Below are positions 1-14,000 of a DNA stretch of 64,000 nucleotides, one piece after another. This DNA comes from Tubiluchus corallicola (taxonomy: Eukaryota; Animalia; Priapulida), in assembly GCA_030141605.1 (NCBI GenBank), contig JAQGDQ010000419.1, positions 139,168 through 203,167 on the forward strand. The letters are read 5' to 3'. Below the pieces are notes generated by a model, which worked only from the letters and a program-made list of their open reading frames with translations, ran no database searches and had not been told where the DNA came from. Position 1 is the stretch's first letter; each line of letters starts with the position of its first letter. The translations under genes were made by a program, and so were the position numbers.

Positions 1-930
1 ACTAACGAATGGGAGCACCTTAAATTAAAAAAAACAGACAATTGATTAGACACAGTCTCATTTTAATTTACTGCTCAAATTATACATTTTCTTGCCTATG
101 AAAGTTAGCAATTGTCTCTTATATATGAATAATTAGCTTGGAAAGTTAATTAACGGCAACGATTGCTTATGTCGCAAACTAACCACAGTTTGTGCAGTGG
201 CAGACGTCTTCCTTGCACGTCAAGCACGTTTGCGTAAACGAAGATTGCCATAAAATGCTGATGTAATGTCATGAAAATGAGCTCTACATCACACAGATGT
301 CACAGATGAACATTGCACTTCATGATCATGCTTATCACGTAACCGCGCTTATTTGTCGGCCAGGCGAATGTGATAAAAGGGCGCCATTGTCAGCCTTAGT
401 GAATTCACAGAGCTACGCGTAGTTTTGAAAGTTTAACAAAATTTAACTATCCAAGATAATTATTACTTAATCAAAGCTTTGATTTCAAAAAACCTGTCGT
501 AGTTTTCAATATTTTAGAGCATAAAGTTTACACAATCGTCCGGTTTTCCTTTAACGTCAATGATGCAAAACTCCAGTCACGTCACAGTCACAGTCCAAGT
601 GCCTCTGTACTCGGTTATTATTGCAAAATAAGTTACATGGTTCAATGCTAAATACACAAAAAGCTAAAACAGCAAAAAAACGTATTTTCATTTGCAAACT
701 ATCCTATTGCAGCAAAAATAATTTTGTTACAGATGTTGCCATACATAAATCTATGTACAAAACAATGTGGGAAATCACTTGGATATCGTTTGCTTCCAAA
801 CGTGCAGTTTTCATACAACACAGGTTACCCATATTGAAATTTCAAGGAAAACAGTTAAAAATATGTAAAGGGTGGAGAAACTTAAAGAAGAAGAAATAGC
901 TGAAAATTAGAACAAATAAATTCACTGTAC

Positions 931-1168
931 CTGTTCTGCCAAATGTTGACCTAACCGCAACGCAACGTTTCGCAACATGCACTCCGCATTCGGGTTTGGT
1001 ATATGATGAAGAGCTTGTTGCAACACGACAGCGTGACTATGCGCACTCGCAGAGACTGGAGGGCTGTGCGTCTCCGGCTGGCATGCTTCCGCAACTACCT
1101 GTACTTGTGCATAACCCACTGTCGTTAAGAGTAGCTTGCATATCTTTAAGACTACGTGATAGGCAGCT
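931..1168 (-). CDS. USP9X: USP9X coding exon 24 ([14 protein letters not shown]...HLAEQ)
   Basis: [21 protein letters not shown]; AG/GT. Confidence 0.94.
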
Positions 1169-4100
1169 CTACAAAGGCAACGAATGTTTGAATAAAACCA
1201 GGTGGCTAACTGTAAGATACCTACAGTTTTATTACACGTTTAATCATAAGAAACATTTGTTATTAGAAATCATACACAATGAGCCTTTTCACAGTTTCAT
1301 TGTGAGCAGACGGAGTTGCTGTAGGCAAAAGGTTAAGTGTACCATACACAGCTACATGCGTTAACTACAACCATTATGTGACATGTGGGTAAATCAAAGC
1401 CGTCTGCTGCATTAGTTTAATAAGGCCAGTTGTTTTACGTGGACTTACTAGCAGGATCTTGCTTGGGAACAAGAAAAAACGAACTAGCTAAGGTTCTAGT
1501 TATCTGCTAAAGCTGTTGCAAATACAACAGCTTGGGCTGCGAGGCATTATCAAGATACACAAATGCAATGTCTGGTACACTTAACCTTTGACCTTTTCAT
1601 GACCATCATCATTTCCTGGAACTCTGAAAAGGCTCATTTTAGTAAAAAAGCATCTCTTTACCCATGACATCAGAATTAACTCACTTAATCAAAGTAGGCC
1701 TCACTTGTCTTTTCAACAGAGAAAATTACTTCATTTTTGTTAGTAACTGATTAGTTAAATTTCTATCTACGGAAAATAAGAAGTGACGAATATTCAATCT
1801 TCTTAAAAGTCAAAAGCAACGACGGTCAGTAGTTACAAAGCATGAATTCATCCTACCTCTTTGTGGTCATGTCCGCATTTGGGAGAAAGTTGTTCTTGAC
1901 CAGCATGCCGAGAGCACACGGGACGCCACCGCTCTTCACAAAATTGTGCTGAAATTCAAACGCTTCCTCTAACATTGGATTATTTGAGGGCATCAGTAAC
2001 GTGTAAACCACCTGCAAGAAATGACGGAAATGTTGACGCCATTCTCATGTGAAATGAACCAATTTTCATGCTGCTTTACAATCAAATTAACAACCTATTT
2101 TTGTGCTGTTTGAGAACTATTCCATTAACCTTTTTTCCCAAAGTCTTTTACTCAAATAAAGTGGAAATGCAAAAAACAGACTTGGGGTTGAAAAAAAGAT
2201 AGTACACTTCTGACACTTGCTATGGTCATAAGCATAAAGAAGACAACATGCCCTTTAAATCTCAAAAACTTTTGTTTATCCAGAAGCTTTCGTCCTTTGC
2301 GGACTTCGTCAGCTGTAAGTTAGAGATACAATAATAACTATCATAAAAATTACAGATAAAACTACATGTAAAGTGTAAGTATACAATGACATTAAAACAA
2401 GGGAGCTTCTTAACGAATTTTGTATCTCTTAATTCATGTCACTGTACACTTACATTTTATATGTAGTTTTATCTGTCACTTTTATGATTTTTATTGTTGC
2501 ATCTCTACCTTACAGCTGATGAATTTCGTGAAAGACAAAAACTTCTGGAAAAATTAAAGTTATCGAGATTTAAAGGGTATTTTGTGTTCTTTATGATTAA
2601 GACTTGGGGTTCATGACGTGTGCAAAAAATATAGTAAAAAGTCAGTAAAAGCCATTACAGTCATGTCCAGCTATAAAGGCCACCACAGTCATGTCCAGCA
2701 GTAAAAGCCACCACAGTCATGTCCAGCAGTAAAAGCCACCACAGTCATGTCCAGCAGTAAAAGCCACCACAGTCATGTCCAGCAGTAAAAGCCATCACAG
2801 TCATGTCCAGCAGTAAAAGCCACCACAGTCATGTCCAGCAGTAAAAGCCACCACAGTCATGTCCAGCAGTAAAAGCCACCACAGTCATGTCCAGCAGTAA
2901 AAGCCACGACAGACATGTCCAGCAGTAAAAGCCACGACAGACATGTCCAGCAGTAAAAGCCACCACAGTCATGTCCAGCAGTAAAAGCCACCACAGTCAT
3001 GTCCAGCAGTAAAAGCCACCACAGTCATAACTGATTACAATTAAATGGAAATGAACAGGCCACATTTGACAATAGTACAAGTTTGAAAATCTCTGAGAGG
3101 CGTTACTTTTGCACCAGCAATAAATTCACTGCTATACACATACCTCTAAGTTATACAAAATCTCGGATGCAGAATTCGTAAAAAAACGGCTGTCTAAAGA
3201 TGGTGAAAGGGATTGATCTCCTAGCTTCGCATGATCAAGACACAAAGCACGAATTTGCTCTTGTGTTTGATAATCTGCAAAAAAGTATTGATAAAAATTA
3301 TTCCAGCTCAATATTACGTCAGTTTTTTCTAACACAGTCAACCTCGGGTATAAGCTATTCGCTTATAAGAGAGCACCAACACCAGTCCCGATTTTTCGTA
3401 AAGTTTTTCCTATAAAAATTTTCTCATATAAGGTACTCGAATATAAGGGACTTTCGGTTGTAAGGGATGATAAGGGATGATATCTTCAGGTCCCGCGTAA
3501 TAGAAACTCAGGTAAATTAAGTCGATTCATTTCTCTTTGATCATTTGACCCTATGATCAAAGAGAAATGTAACGATTTTTAACCTCAATTTTTTGCAAAC
3601 TCGGCCTTCAAACAGCTTTGTTTCCACGGTCACATATATTGCGCATCACTGAAGGAGGTTCCTACGTACTGTTTGCATTGAATGTGTAGCAATAATCCAT
3701 AAAAATATGGGTAAAAGTACGGAAAACTACAGGTCTACAAACACCCTCAGCCTGACTCAACTTTGGCTATATTGGACCTCGGATATAAGGTACGGTTTTT
3801 TCCGGTCCTGGAAGTGTCCCTCATATCCGAGGTTGACTGTAATTCAAAAGTAGCTTGAAAGGAGGAAAAGGCAATGTTAAGAATGAGCTGGTACCTGCAG
3901 GCATTATTTTTAGCAATGTTCTGGACATATCACGTAACTGTGGCATCTGAAGAGAACAACCTAAATCAGCAAGTTGAAACAGGAACCTCGCACACTGCGG
4001 TTGCATTGCCATCAACTACAAATGAAAAACACTTGATAAAAACAGTAAATACCAAAGAGTGATGAAAAGAATTACTGTAGGCGCCACTTAATAGACTCAC

Positions 4101-7100
4101 TTTGGAATGGAAGAGTTTTGACCCAATTAACCGACTGATTCAATTAGCCCACAGGTGTAGCTTATTACTACTGTAGAAGTATGAGTCATCACCCTTCATG
4201 CACTACAAGGCTTTAAATGAATTTTAGAAAGTAATTAATGTAAAAATTATCATGTGCAATTATTTAAGAATACTAATTTATATAAGTGTTTTAATAGAAA
4301 GAGAAAAAATTGCACAAATCTGACACAAATTATCATTAAAAATTACAAAAAGTTGTGCAAGCTTAGTTATTTCATTTATTCACAAAGAAGTTGGTTTATG
4401 AAATTCTCGTATCGATAAAAAATTCAAAAATCTGTTGCTCTACATACATTTACACAAAACACGTAGTCACTTAAAGCATAATCTGCAGTTGGTGATGACC
4501 CTATTTCTCCTGCAAAAAGCAGCGGAAGCTTCAAAAGCATACGCGGCTGGATCAAATGATTAGCTTCCAGAAACAACGAAAGAACAATGTAAAGTAAGTC
4601 GCAGTGGACGAGCAGGTGAAAGATTCAAAGTATGACTCCTACCCTAGCATATTGGTGCATGATAAACAAACATGTTTACAAACAAAGTTGTACTTAATAT
4701 GACTGTTTCTACATACATTACAGGGTACAAAAGCAACTAGCGTTTTGGTCGCACACAACTGTCTTATTTTAAATACGTGAAGAAAAAGTATTGAGTCAAA
4801 TGCCGACAGCTTTTATATACATTTCAATAGGAGCGGCTCGAACCAGACGTATTTGAGTCAATTAAGCGACTACGTCTATCAACAGTGAATCTAATAAACA
4901 GCGCCTACTGTACTACATATTTTCAAAGCTTCTCTGTCTCGTTAATTCACTGCACAATGTTCGCGTTAAAAATTTGAAGATGCCAGACACTGCACATGTA
5001 AAGGTTAATCATTGTTTTCGTCAAAACACTTCAAACTTAAAGCTACAATTCCACACAGTTCCTCTCAAAACTCAACTACGTAATGCATATGACACCTTGA
5101 GAGCTCAAAAATATGCATACCTTGATTGGAATTGTGGAGAAATCTTAGAGCATTGTGGAGAAATCTTAGCACAAACAGCCAGTACTTAACGATCAAATCA
5201 AACTCAGTGTATTTAAGGTTAGATGTACAACATTAAAAGTACTCACAACGCCGGGTAGACAGTTCTCAGCCTCAATCTTTGAATGTTCGCAGGCATGCTG
5301 CGGAGAACCTGTAGAACTATCAGAGCTGCTGTCAGGACTAGAAGGCATGTTAGCACCAACTTGACACAACTTAGCCGTAATCAACTGTAAAACAGAACAG
5401 CAAAAGCCGTACATATTATGATCATGATATTAGATGACGTTCGTCAGATATTTCAAGTTTACTGTTTACAGCAAAAGCTTTTAACATGGAAGAGTTCTGC
5501 TCACCGTTTTATCTCTCAGTGGTACTTGAGATATCAATCTTTTATCGTCGTTCGGATCCAACAATTCACCATTTACAAACAGGTCTAGCTTTACGTTGGT
5601 GTTATGAGCTTTTATCCTGCAAAAGAGCATAATATCGATTTGTTAAAAGAAATAACATTCAGCGGTAAATGAATGTTACAGTTGAAATAAATATTCAAAT
5701 TTCCAAATGATGTTAAGACAGCAGATCACAGCTTGAAAAACTATGAATAGAAAATTTAATTACTCTCACCCTCCCCACACTTACAGAGACAAAGAAACAT
5801 TAGTTTGCCTTGTTATCTGCTACACCTCTTGAAGTGTGTAAGCGTTTATTTCCTGCAGTAAAGCAACTATAACAGGCTATCACATAACTGCATTACGCAA
5901 TTCATCTGACTCCACTTAAAAGCTTGTTTAACCCTTTCACTACATACTTGTTTTTGAACTAAGCCGCATTGCGTTTTACAAATTTGGCAATAACTTCTTG
6001 TGGTGTGCTACTAAAACAGGAGAATCTTGTAAATAAACGAACAGACGTCTTGCATTAGTTTTGTTTGCACTCATGCACACACATGTGTGCACGTGTATGC
6101 ACTGAGGCACCCACACACAATCAAACCTTCATAAATAAGCATGTACTTTTTAGAAACCAATTTTCACAGAAATCATAATACTAACCCATGTACTTTTTCA
6201 AAACCAATTTTCACAGAAATCATAATACCAACCCATATTACGCAATCTTTTTATATCAAATGAAGAACAAGCCACTAAATATATGTTTAATCAACCATCG
6301 ACAACTGATTTTGTGTGAGAACATACCATATGATGGAGTATTATAGAATGCACCTGGCTTCAGGCATTGAATGGCTGGCTAGCATTGCTTGTTGCGAAGC
6401 AACCCCAATCCCCCGGCTGTTAAACTTTTCTACAGTGTTTTACACGGCCGTAGCAGCAAAACAACAGACCCGAGTGTCTGCGCTTAGCGCTTAGGTCTAC
6501 CATGTTCTGTCCCTTACACGAAAAACATAAGTGGCACACTACCGCCTTCCGTATTGAAAGGGTTAAACTCCCAGTGAAAACTACTAAACTTTACTCAAGC
6601 TTTACACAGTAAAGTATGAATGAAAACTACTAACAACAGAGCACGATTTTAACTTGTAGCGACACAAATTATTGCCAGCTGCATTCAAGACAAGCTAAAC
6701 TAAAACATACAACTTACATATTTGTATGCAAGTACATTGATACATTTGTACAACTCAAGCAAGATGTAGAATTTGGTTCATTTATAATCAAAAATGCAGC
6801 CAGATATTACTGGTACATTTGATTGTATTATTCAATTATTCAAATTTAAAAATGTTGATTAGAATTCCACCAACATGATGTACTAAGAGGTACATTTGAT
6901 CGTATTGTTCAATTATTCAAATTTAAAAATTTTAAAAATGTTGATTAGACTTCCACCATCATGATGTACTAAATCATCGTTACATTTGGTTAATTCTAAC
7001 AGTTCTCAGTGGTATTAATCAACAAATCACACACAATAAACTCGCTGCTTTTCAATTGTGTATATGATGAATCAGTACCGTAAGAAATAGTCTTAGTTTG

Positions 7101-8030
7101 TTTGAGCTCAGTAGAAAATCTGTTGACGAAATCAAGAGCAGAAAGAACTCTTTTCCTGAACAAAGAACATTTTACCTATAGAAAAAACTGTCAGCATTGT
7201 GTATGTCCTGGTCGCTCATCCAATTATCCACTAATCCAGTGCTGCTTAACTTTTTAGTCTAACCATCAGACTGTGTAAAGTCGATTTAATGTTGTTCAAC
7301 AGTGAAGGTTTATCCAACCTACCTTGTCAGGACTTGCTTGCGCACCGAGGCAAACGTGTCATTGGTGTGCGACCAGATTTCAATGTCTTCCACTTGACGA
7401 CCCTGATTGGGAAAGCGAATTAGCAGTGTCACGTGTTTCCCTCTAAAAGCCCTGCAAGTACAAATAAACATTATTCAAGTAACAATGGTGGAAGTAAAAA
7501 TCAAGACACAGTTCTCTGTATGCATATAAATGGCACGTTTCTTGTGAATGATTAGACGTTTGTGTTATTATCAAATTATTATGTTACAACCTGATCTGAT
7601 ATTGGGACTTCTCTGAAGACCAATAGAGAGATTATTAATGGTAACTGGGCAGTATCAAACATCTGGTTTATTAGCTTACAAAATACATTAATAGCCATCA
7701 ATAAGTCATAAGTCATTCATTTCACATTACACATTTACAATAGTTTCATGTACGATATCTAGTGAAAGGGCCTACAATTAATGTAATACAAATAAGAAAT
7801 ATTGCACAGGAAAAGCCTCAAACACTGTTCACCTATACACGAATGTAAATGTGTTGTGGGCAATCAAAAAGCAGGGCTTGTTAGATTGTCCCACACAGTG
7901 AAAGAAAAAAAGTAATGGAAATAATCTGAAAATTTAAAGTGAATCGTGTGATAAAAAAAGGCACCACTACATCAAAACATTGGCAGACTGTTTATCCCAC
8001 TTGTTGTAAATGAAAATATCATTGTGAATG

Positions 8031-8087
<57 letters not shown>

Positions 8088-11000
8088 TCAAAGGGAACTG
8101 TTAACTTTAGTAAAACGTTTTGAACGTAGACATAACTGACTGTGCTGCAAGCCTGTAACAGCATTCGCAAACGCAGCAAAGGTGGAAAATTAGGTGAACT
8201 TCAAAATCCCACTTTTGGGCAGAATCTCTCATGAAAATTCTACATTTTTACTTACCAGAACTTGTACAAATTCCCCCCCCCCTTCCCGCCACTGAGTAAT
8301 GACTAGGTCCTATGGTGTGAAAATTCTTTCTTTCCAGAAAATTAGACCATACAAACAGCATGGTGTAATGCCACATTTAATATTTGAACAAACAGAGACA
8401 TTGTGCTCACCTTCCCATTGGAACTATAGTTCTTTCCTCGGTAAAGTCGCCGTCGCATTCGTTGATGTACTCACGCAGCACGGTCAGAACGCGCACCATT
8501 CGTGTTGTCTCCTGGCGGATTCGATTCACGCTGTCCTTATCTTTTTCTAGAATGCTGATAGTGTCGTAAGCGGCCTTCAGCCGGTCCATACACGACTGGA
8601 TGAAGTCGTCATGAATTGCCACCTGGTGCCAAAGAAACAATTCATAAGTCTTTTCACAATTTAGTTGCGCACATGCGCAGTTGCTATAGCTCAAAGGTTA
8701 AGTGTACCACAGCAATGCGTCTTAACTATAACCGTCACGTGACATGCAGGTGAAGCAAAGCCGTTTGCCACATCAGTTCAGTAACTTCAGTTGTTTTACG
8801 TGGACTTTACTTAATCGAGTATAGAGTGATTTACTAGCAGGACCTTGCTTGGGGACAAGAAAAAATGAACTAGGTAAGGTGCTATAGCTACCATTTGTCT
8901 CTTTTTTTAATTATTTTTACAAGAGCATAGGCTGATAGGTAATATCAAGTCTACACAACTGCATTCTCTGGTACACTTAGCCTTTGACGTTTTCACAATC
9001 ATCATCAATCGCTGGAATTGCGAAAAGGCTTACTGTTATTTATTATTATTATTAATATTTTATTACAATTATTAAATTTTAAATAATAGTTCATTCCTCC
9101 CATCTCAGCCAATATGCATAGCAAAATCAGAAGTTATAAACAAAAAGACAGCATAGTAATAATGAAGCATGAAGGGATACCTAATTTTACACAACGGCAT
9201 TCAAAAATTACATTACAGTAATAAAGTTTACATTTATATGCGAACCACAACCTAGAGATTGGAACTAGCCAAAAAAATACATACCTGATTAGCTTGAAGT
9301 CTAGGACCTAAATTTGTGTACGTTTCTTTTAGCAGACTAATAGCACGCTGAGCTATTTCCTCTCCTGCACACAGAACCACTCGCCACAAGTAATCAAGTC
9401 CTGCAAAAAGTTCATAGAACTCTTAAAATGTGTGCCGGAAAAAATGAAGAAAATTTAGAACATGCCGAAACTTATGCATTCACTTACCAAGTGAACGGGG
9501 CAATTTTAATCACAGTCACTGGTATTTATTACAAAAGAGTAATGATTTATCTACTAATGACGAATAATTTGTAGTCGATATTAGAAATAATTTACCAATT
9601 AGTTCCACATCTTCCATGAGATAAGATCGACGTTTAGCCACAAGTTTCCCTTCTTTACTGTTGACAGCCTTGAAAAATCTATCAAAGCATCTGAAAGAAA
9701 CAGCAATCCGAAAATCCTTATTAACATTTCTAACATGCTAAAAAAATCACATTAGAAATTTAGTAGGTTACACATTTTAGAATTATTTGTGTCTAAAATC
9801 TAGCAAAAGTTTTACTATGCTAAGGTGGTTACAAGACAAGTTTCAGCAAAAACATGCAGAGTTTACATCAAAATGCCAAAAAAGTTTTGCTTTTTGCTGA
9901 AAGTTTACCAAACGGTAACGATACCATAAAGCAACTACTACAAGAATTGAACTAACCAGTGGTGGCACATTAGTGGGGGTGTTGCTTCAGATAATTTTTA
10001 GCCATTGTTTTAATGCTGTATAAAATGAAACAAACATACGCAATTTTAATGTTGTAATATGCAATTCTAAACAAACAAACAAACAAACATATGAAAATTT
10101 ATATATCCTGATAAATCCTAAAAAAATATTTTTTGCTTACGAATCACCTAAAATGATGCAGTTCAAGAATATGCAGTTACATGGTTTTAAGCACGTGACA
10201 ACTGACAACACAGTTACATGGTTTTAAGCACGTGACAACTGACAACACACACTTCGTGAGCGACAGTACTCCTCTCTGCCTTTAAGCACGTGACAACTGA
10301 CAACACACACTTCGTGAGCGACAGTACTCCTCTCTACCTTTAAGCATGTGACAACTGACAACACACACTTCGTGAGCGACAGTACTCCTCTCTACCTTTA
10401 AGCATGTGACAACTGACAACACACACTTCATGAGCGACAGTACTCCTCTCTATCTTTAAGCATGTGACAACTGACAACACACACTTCATGAGCGACAGTA
10501 CTCCTCTCTACCTTTAAGCATGTGACAACTGACAACACACACTTCATGAGCGACAGTACTCCTCTCTATCTTTAAGCATGTGACAACTGACAACACACAC
10601 TTCATGAGCGACAGTACTCCTCTCTACCTTTAAGCATGTGACAACTGACAACACACACTTCATGAGCGACAGTACTCCTCTCTACCTTTAAGCATGTGAC
10701 AACTGACAACACACACTTCGTGAGCGACAGTACTCCTCTCTACCTTTAAGCATGTGACAACTGACAACACACACTTCATGAGCGACAGTACTCCTCTCTA
10801 CCTTTAAGCATGTGACAACTGACAACACACACTTCATGAGCGACAGTACTCCTCTCTACCTTTAAGCATGTGACAACTGACAACACACACTTCGTGAGCG
10901 ACAGTACTCCTCTCTACCTTTAAGCATGTGACAACTGACAACACACACTTCGTGAGCGACAGTACTCCTCTCTACCTTTAAGCATGTGACAACTGACAAC

Positions 11001-14000
11001 ACACACTTCGTGAGCTACAGTACTCCTCTCTACCTTTAAGCATGTGACAACTGACAACACACACTTCGTGAGCGACAGTACTCCTCTCTACCTTTAAGCA
11101 TGTGACAACTGACAACACACACTTCGTGAGCGACAGTACTCCTCTCTACCTTTAAGCATGTGACAACTGACAACACACACTTCAAACTGACAACACACAC
11201 TTCGTGAGCGACAGTACTCCTCTCTACCTTTAAGCATGTGACAACTGACAACACACACTTCGTGAGCGACAGTACTCCTCTCTACCTTTAAGCATGTGAC
11301 AACTGACAACACACACTTCATGAGCGACAGTACTCCTCTCTATCTTTAAGCATGTGACAACTGACAACACACACTTCGTGAGCGACAGTACTCCTCTCTA
11401 CCTTTAAGCATGTGACAACTGACAACACACACTTCGTGAGCGACAGTACTCCTCTCTACCTTTAAGCATGTGACAACTGACAACACACACTTCGTGAGCG
11501 ACAGTACTCCTCTCTACCTTTAAGCATGTGACAACTGACAACACACACTTCGTGAGCGACAGTACTCCTCTCTACCTTTAAGCATGTGACAACTGACAAC
11601 ACACACTTCGTGAGCGACAGTACTCCTCTCTACCTTTAAGCATGTGACAACTGACAACACACACTTCGTGAGCGACAGTACTCCTCTCTACCTTTAAGCA
11701 TGTGACAACTGACAACACACACTTCGTGAGCGACAGTACTCCTCTCTACCTTTAAGCATGTGACAACTGACAACACACACTTCGTGAGCGACAGTACTCC
11801 TCTCTACCTTTAAGCATGTGACAACTGACAACACACACTTCGTGAGCGACAGTACTCCTCTCTACCTTTAAGCATGTGACAACTGACAACACACACTTCG
11901 TGAGCGACAGTACTCCTCTCTACCTTTAAGCATGTGACAACTGACAACACACACTTCATGAGCGACAGTACTCCTCTCTACCTTTAAGCATGTGACAACT
12001 GACAACACACACTTCAAACTGACAACACACACTTCGTGAGCGACAGTACTCCTCTCTACCTTTAAGCATGTGACAACTGACAACACACACTTCGTGAGCG
12101 ACAGTACTCCTCTCTACCTTTAAGCATGTGACAACTGACAACACACACTTCAAACTGACAACACACACTTTGTGAGCGACAGTACTCCTCTCTACCTAAT
12201 GTGCAGCGTCTTATCTCAGATGTGTGTGCTTCGCCTCTGGTGCACAACAGCCAAACATCATTTTGCTGGAGTTGTGAGTGCACAGGTCCGTCACATGCTC
12301 TGCTTCCATACAAGCACGAAGAAAAAATTAAAGAAAAAAGACTCATTATACTGAATATCATCGATAATATCGAGTGAAAATAGGGAGTGCCGCCATTTCA
12401 CAGTGCCTATACAAGAGCCGCCACTGATTACAATACAAGGATACAGGTGTTAGATATATCTCAAATATTCTTACTTCATTCCAGACTCTGTCATTAGACT
12501 CGGATCTAACTGCATGATATTATTCTCAAAGAAGTCTCTATTGATTTCTGGATCTAAATCGGGTTCATCTCCCATTAACTGAAACAAAAAAATAATAAGA
12601 AATTTTACACTGTAAGATATATGCTTTGAAAATCAAATAAAGCAAATGACATTGTAATGAAAACAAATAAATTATTGTCCTCGCTTAACGATGCTAATGC
12701 GTTCCAGTAAAATGCTACACTGAGAGAAACGTCGTTAAACGAATCCAAGACTTCCCTAGAAAGTAATGTAAAAGAAATGAGATACGTTTCAGAGGCAAAA
12801 ATCACTGCTGTTTAAATAATATAAATTAAAGATTTTTGTGAGTTTTACTCTTTGTGAGTTTTTCTCATGTTTCTACTGATTAATTTCTTTTTACTTGCTT
12901 GAAACCACCTATATATCTTGCTTACCTAGCTAATGGTATCTCTATCGTTAACATTTAAGTCTAGGCAGTTGTTAAACAATAAACACTGCAGTACAGTCAA
13001 AGTCAAGCACTGTGATGACCTTGGGAATTTTATCTAGTCTGGTTGCTATAGCAACAGGTTGCTGACAAAATTCCTTGCATAAAGTTGCTTCCAGGTCTCA
13101 CTTGATACAAACGGCTAGCGTTTAGTGGACAGTCAGGAAGCAAAAGCGCATACTTGTATAATAACTATGTTGTTTGCATTACTAGTGCATTTTTACAACA
13201 GAATAATACAATATGTGCTGTTTTAATGCATCAAACTAGATGAAAAAGTTGCTGGTAAAATAAAAATTGGCTTCCAGCAAAGTAAAAAAATCGTCGTAAA
13301 AAAGAAAAAAGGAACGTTGCGTAGCTAAGTGAAAAAAGGTGTCAAAGGTTCAGAGTCATTAAAACAAAATGTTGCTTTTAACGGGGAGTCGTTAAGCGAA
13401 GACTTACTGTATATACAAGTGACAGCGGTTCTCAACCTTTCAATTCCCCCCAACTTGTATATCACAGGGGTTCTCAAGCAAGAATCACATCGAATGTGGT
13501 GACCACAGATTGTATTATTATTCATGAATAAAAAAAGTGTTGAAATTAAAAAAAATTGAATTAAAAAATGCATTTTTCATTTTGTTTGTGGGCTAGGGGG
13601 GAAAGAGAATCAGCAGCCTTCAAAAAGGGGGAACGGGTCAAAAAAGGTTGGGAACCACTGGTATATCAAGACGTAATTCTGATTGTACAAGAATACATAC
13701 CACGTGATAACTAACTACAATAATGTAAGTCTTTTTTTTTCTTCAAATTGCCCCAGATAAAGCCAATGCTGCCCTAATGCGTGGAGAGATCAGCTCGAAA
13801 AAGATTAATATACTGTTAAGTATTTATCCTACCTTGGAAAACCATTTAAAACATGACTCTCTATCACTACCAAACACGGCATTCTCGGCCAAGCATTGCC
13901 AAATCTGCTTCGCCTGAGGTGCACAGAGCCATAGTTGACCATCTTTTAATAAAAACCTAAAACAAATAACATAAACATATTCTATACAACGTAGGAAGTG

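Noticed and set aside
10185-12197. CRISPR-like array, and the ORFs called within it (11036-12361)
   Set aside because: Units are contiguous with no unique spacers and no cas genes, in a eukaryotic intron. The ORFs are repeat artefacts.
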